Positions 62,340-64,000 of a DNA stretch of 64,000 nucleotides are shown here, one piece after another. Below the pieces are notes generated by a model. The model was given only the letters and a program-made list of their open reading frames with translations, made no database searches and was not told the DNA's origin. This DNA comes from Anthoceros angustus (Eukaryota; Plantae; Anthocerotophyta). Every line of letters begins with the position of its first letter. The stretch's first letter is position 1. Location: the NCBI GenBank assembly GCA_010909165.1, contig VJWM01000016.1:496001-560000 (forward strand), read 5' to 3'. The position numbers were made by a program, and so were the translations under genes.

Positions 62340-63570
62340 CAGATTTTACGACAAGCTAGAACTAAATTTGCAAATCCGCTCTCGTCTTGCTACAAGCTTG
62401 CACAGGGGCTTTTCAGAAGGCAGGCCAGAGTAAGTAACATCGGTAGCCAAACTCGGGCCCTCCTGCTCCATTTGTCCATACACAACAATCGCCTCATAAA
62501 TGTCCCAGACCTTGCTGTAGATTATAGACCCAGCAATCTGCAGGGCATTCCATGACGGTACCACATCCTGTGTTGGCCGGCCAAGCTGTCAAAAACCTGG
62601 CGTGCATCCTCGCTCCACTTCACCACATTTTCGCATACAATCTCATGTGCACCAGACAGGTGGCCACCACGTGCTACGTAACGTCATCCAGCAGTCCTCC
62701 TTCGACAATCTATGAGTGCAGTTGCATGCCCTTCTGTAAGCTCCACCGCTGCTTCAAGCCCACAGGCCTTGTGACAAGCAAAAGTAACATGGTTAGCCGA
62801 AAGCAGGCCCTCCTGCTCCATTTGTCCATACACAACAAGCGCCTCTTGGCCCACTGGTCATTGCTGTTTAGTGCATACTCCATGTCGCCACATCCTTTGT
62901 GGCCAAGCTGTCAAGACCCTGGCGTTGCATGCCCTTCTGCAAGCCACCCCTGCTTGGCTTCCACAGGCCTTCAGAAGGCAAGCCAACAAAATTAACATGG
63001 TCAGCCAAAATGAAGCCCTCCTGCTCCATTTTTCCATATCAGAACAGGCGCCTAGCCTCATATCCGAGCCCCTTGCTGGCCATACCCAGCTATTAGGGCA
63101 TTCCATGTCACCACACATCCTTTGTGGCCAAATTGTCAAAAACCTGGCGTGCATCTTTCAATTCACCACACTTCGCATACATGTCCACCGGGCAGTTGCC
63201 CACCACTACTACGTAACGTCATCCAGCAAACTAGTCCGCTTTCGACCATCCGCTGAGAGTGCAGCTGCCCTTCTGTAAGGCGCCAGTGCTTGCATAGGGC
63301 CTCAGAAGGCAGGCAAGCAAGCACAAGTCCCCACTACCTACCTGCACTAACCCACAGCCTTCAGAGCAGCAAGACCAGGGTTTGGTGGACTGACCAGGCC
63401 ACGGTGAATGGCAGTGCCCACAAAGCTGCTGAACAGCGGGCATCTAGCTGTGCTCAGAACCTGGCAAAATACTACAGGATAGCAAGGCTGGACTGCACCT
63501 GGAGAAAGTACCATTGGCACCTGCACCGGAGAATGTAGAATTGCCACCTGCAACCTTCTTCCACGCATGG
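62340..63570 (-). pseudogene. PLS-class pentatricopeptide repeat gene, frameshifted/truncated
   Basis: VDMYAKCGELKDARQVFDNLATKDVVTWNALIAGYGQQG (~63070-63188), and repeated YGQMEQEG..DHV.F...LKACG units at ~62460, 62810 and 63020. Confidence 0.85.
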
Positions 63571-64000
63571 TCATTATGCTTGACTTCGAGCTCCTAAGGT
63601 AAGCTGATGAAGAAGAAAGTGCCACCACGTCATACCACGTCGCAGGCCTCCAACAGGTGGCAGTCACTGACACGCATAGCTGCATCTCCATGGACAACTG
63701 TGTCCTGCCCCCAGACTTGCCGAACATGATGAGAGCTCGTGTCAGCACCTCATGTAAGAAGTCCAGGCTCGGCGATGAGCTCCCTCGCTTTCCAGAAGAT
63801 GCCCTTCCTTTTCTTTTCTGGTGTAGTAGTTTACATCCATGTGGGAATTGAACTAGAACTGAGCCCCCATCTCTCATTTTCCATATGTTGTACTTGATGG
63901 TCCATTACATGGAAAATGCACCATAAGTGTTTAGGTAATAATAATTTTTCAAGAGAAAAATAAATATTAACATCATTCAGTCTTCCTTGGTTAAACACAA

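Overview
Eukaryotic, plant-type DNA. It contains a plant tRNA-Lys, a PLS-class PPR gene, a GH3 gene, TTTAGGG/telo-box motifs and short GT-AG introns, so a non-seed land plant such as a hornwort, other bryophyte or lycophyte is plausible (inference only). About 80% of the window is nested transposable elements. (i) 1-11.1 kb: two ~4.5-kb LTRs (A minus, B plus, B with TSD CATGG) inserted into an older LTR (C) of the same family. (ii) 13-19 kb: AT-rich tandem repeats, a palindrome array among TTTAGGG motifs, a ubiquitin-like remnant and a ParB/Srx-like ORF remnant. (iii) A SWIM-type MULE transposase gene split by a full-length 12.9-kb Ty3/gypsy element with ~3.55-kb LTRs (21645-34567). (iv) A small host island of three ribosome-related genes: RPF1 (disrupted), RPLP0/uL10 (intact, intron-less CDS) and NEP1/EMG1 (intact, 7 coding exons). 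(v) 41-56 kb: PIF/Harbinger remnants, mosaic duplications with modular minisatellites, a (CCCACAT)n tract and a DFAENY/HGKG-type transposase. (vi) A Copia gag with its PBS, tRNA-Lys(UUU), a small MITE-like element, and frameshifted GH3 and PPR genes. The most notable observation is that two different giant-LTR families both carry a homologous protein-coding region inside U3. Repeats are full of 1-bp indels while the single-copy genes are clean, so many frameshifts may be long-read assembly errors rather than real decay.
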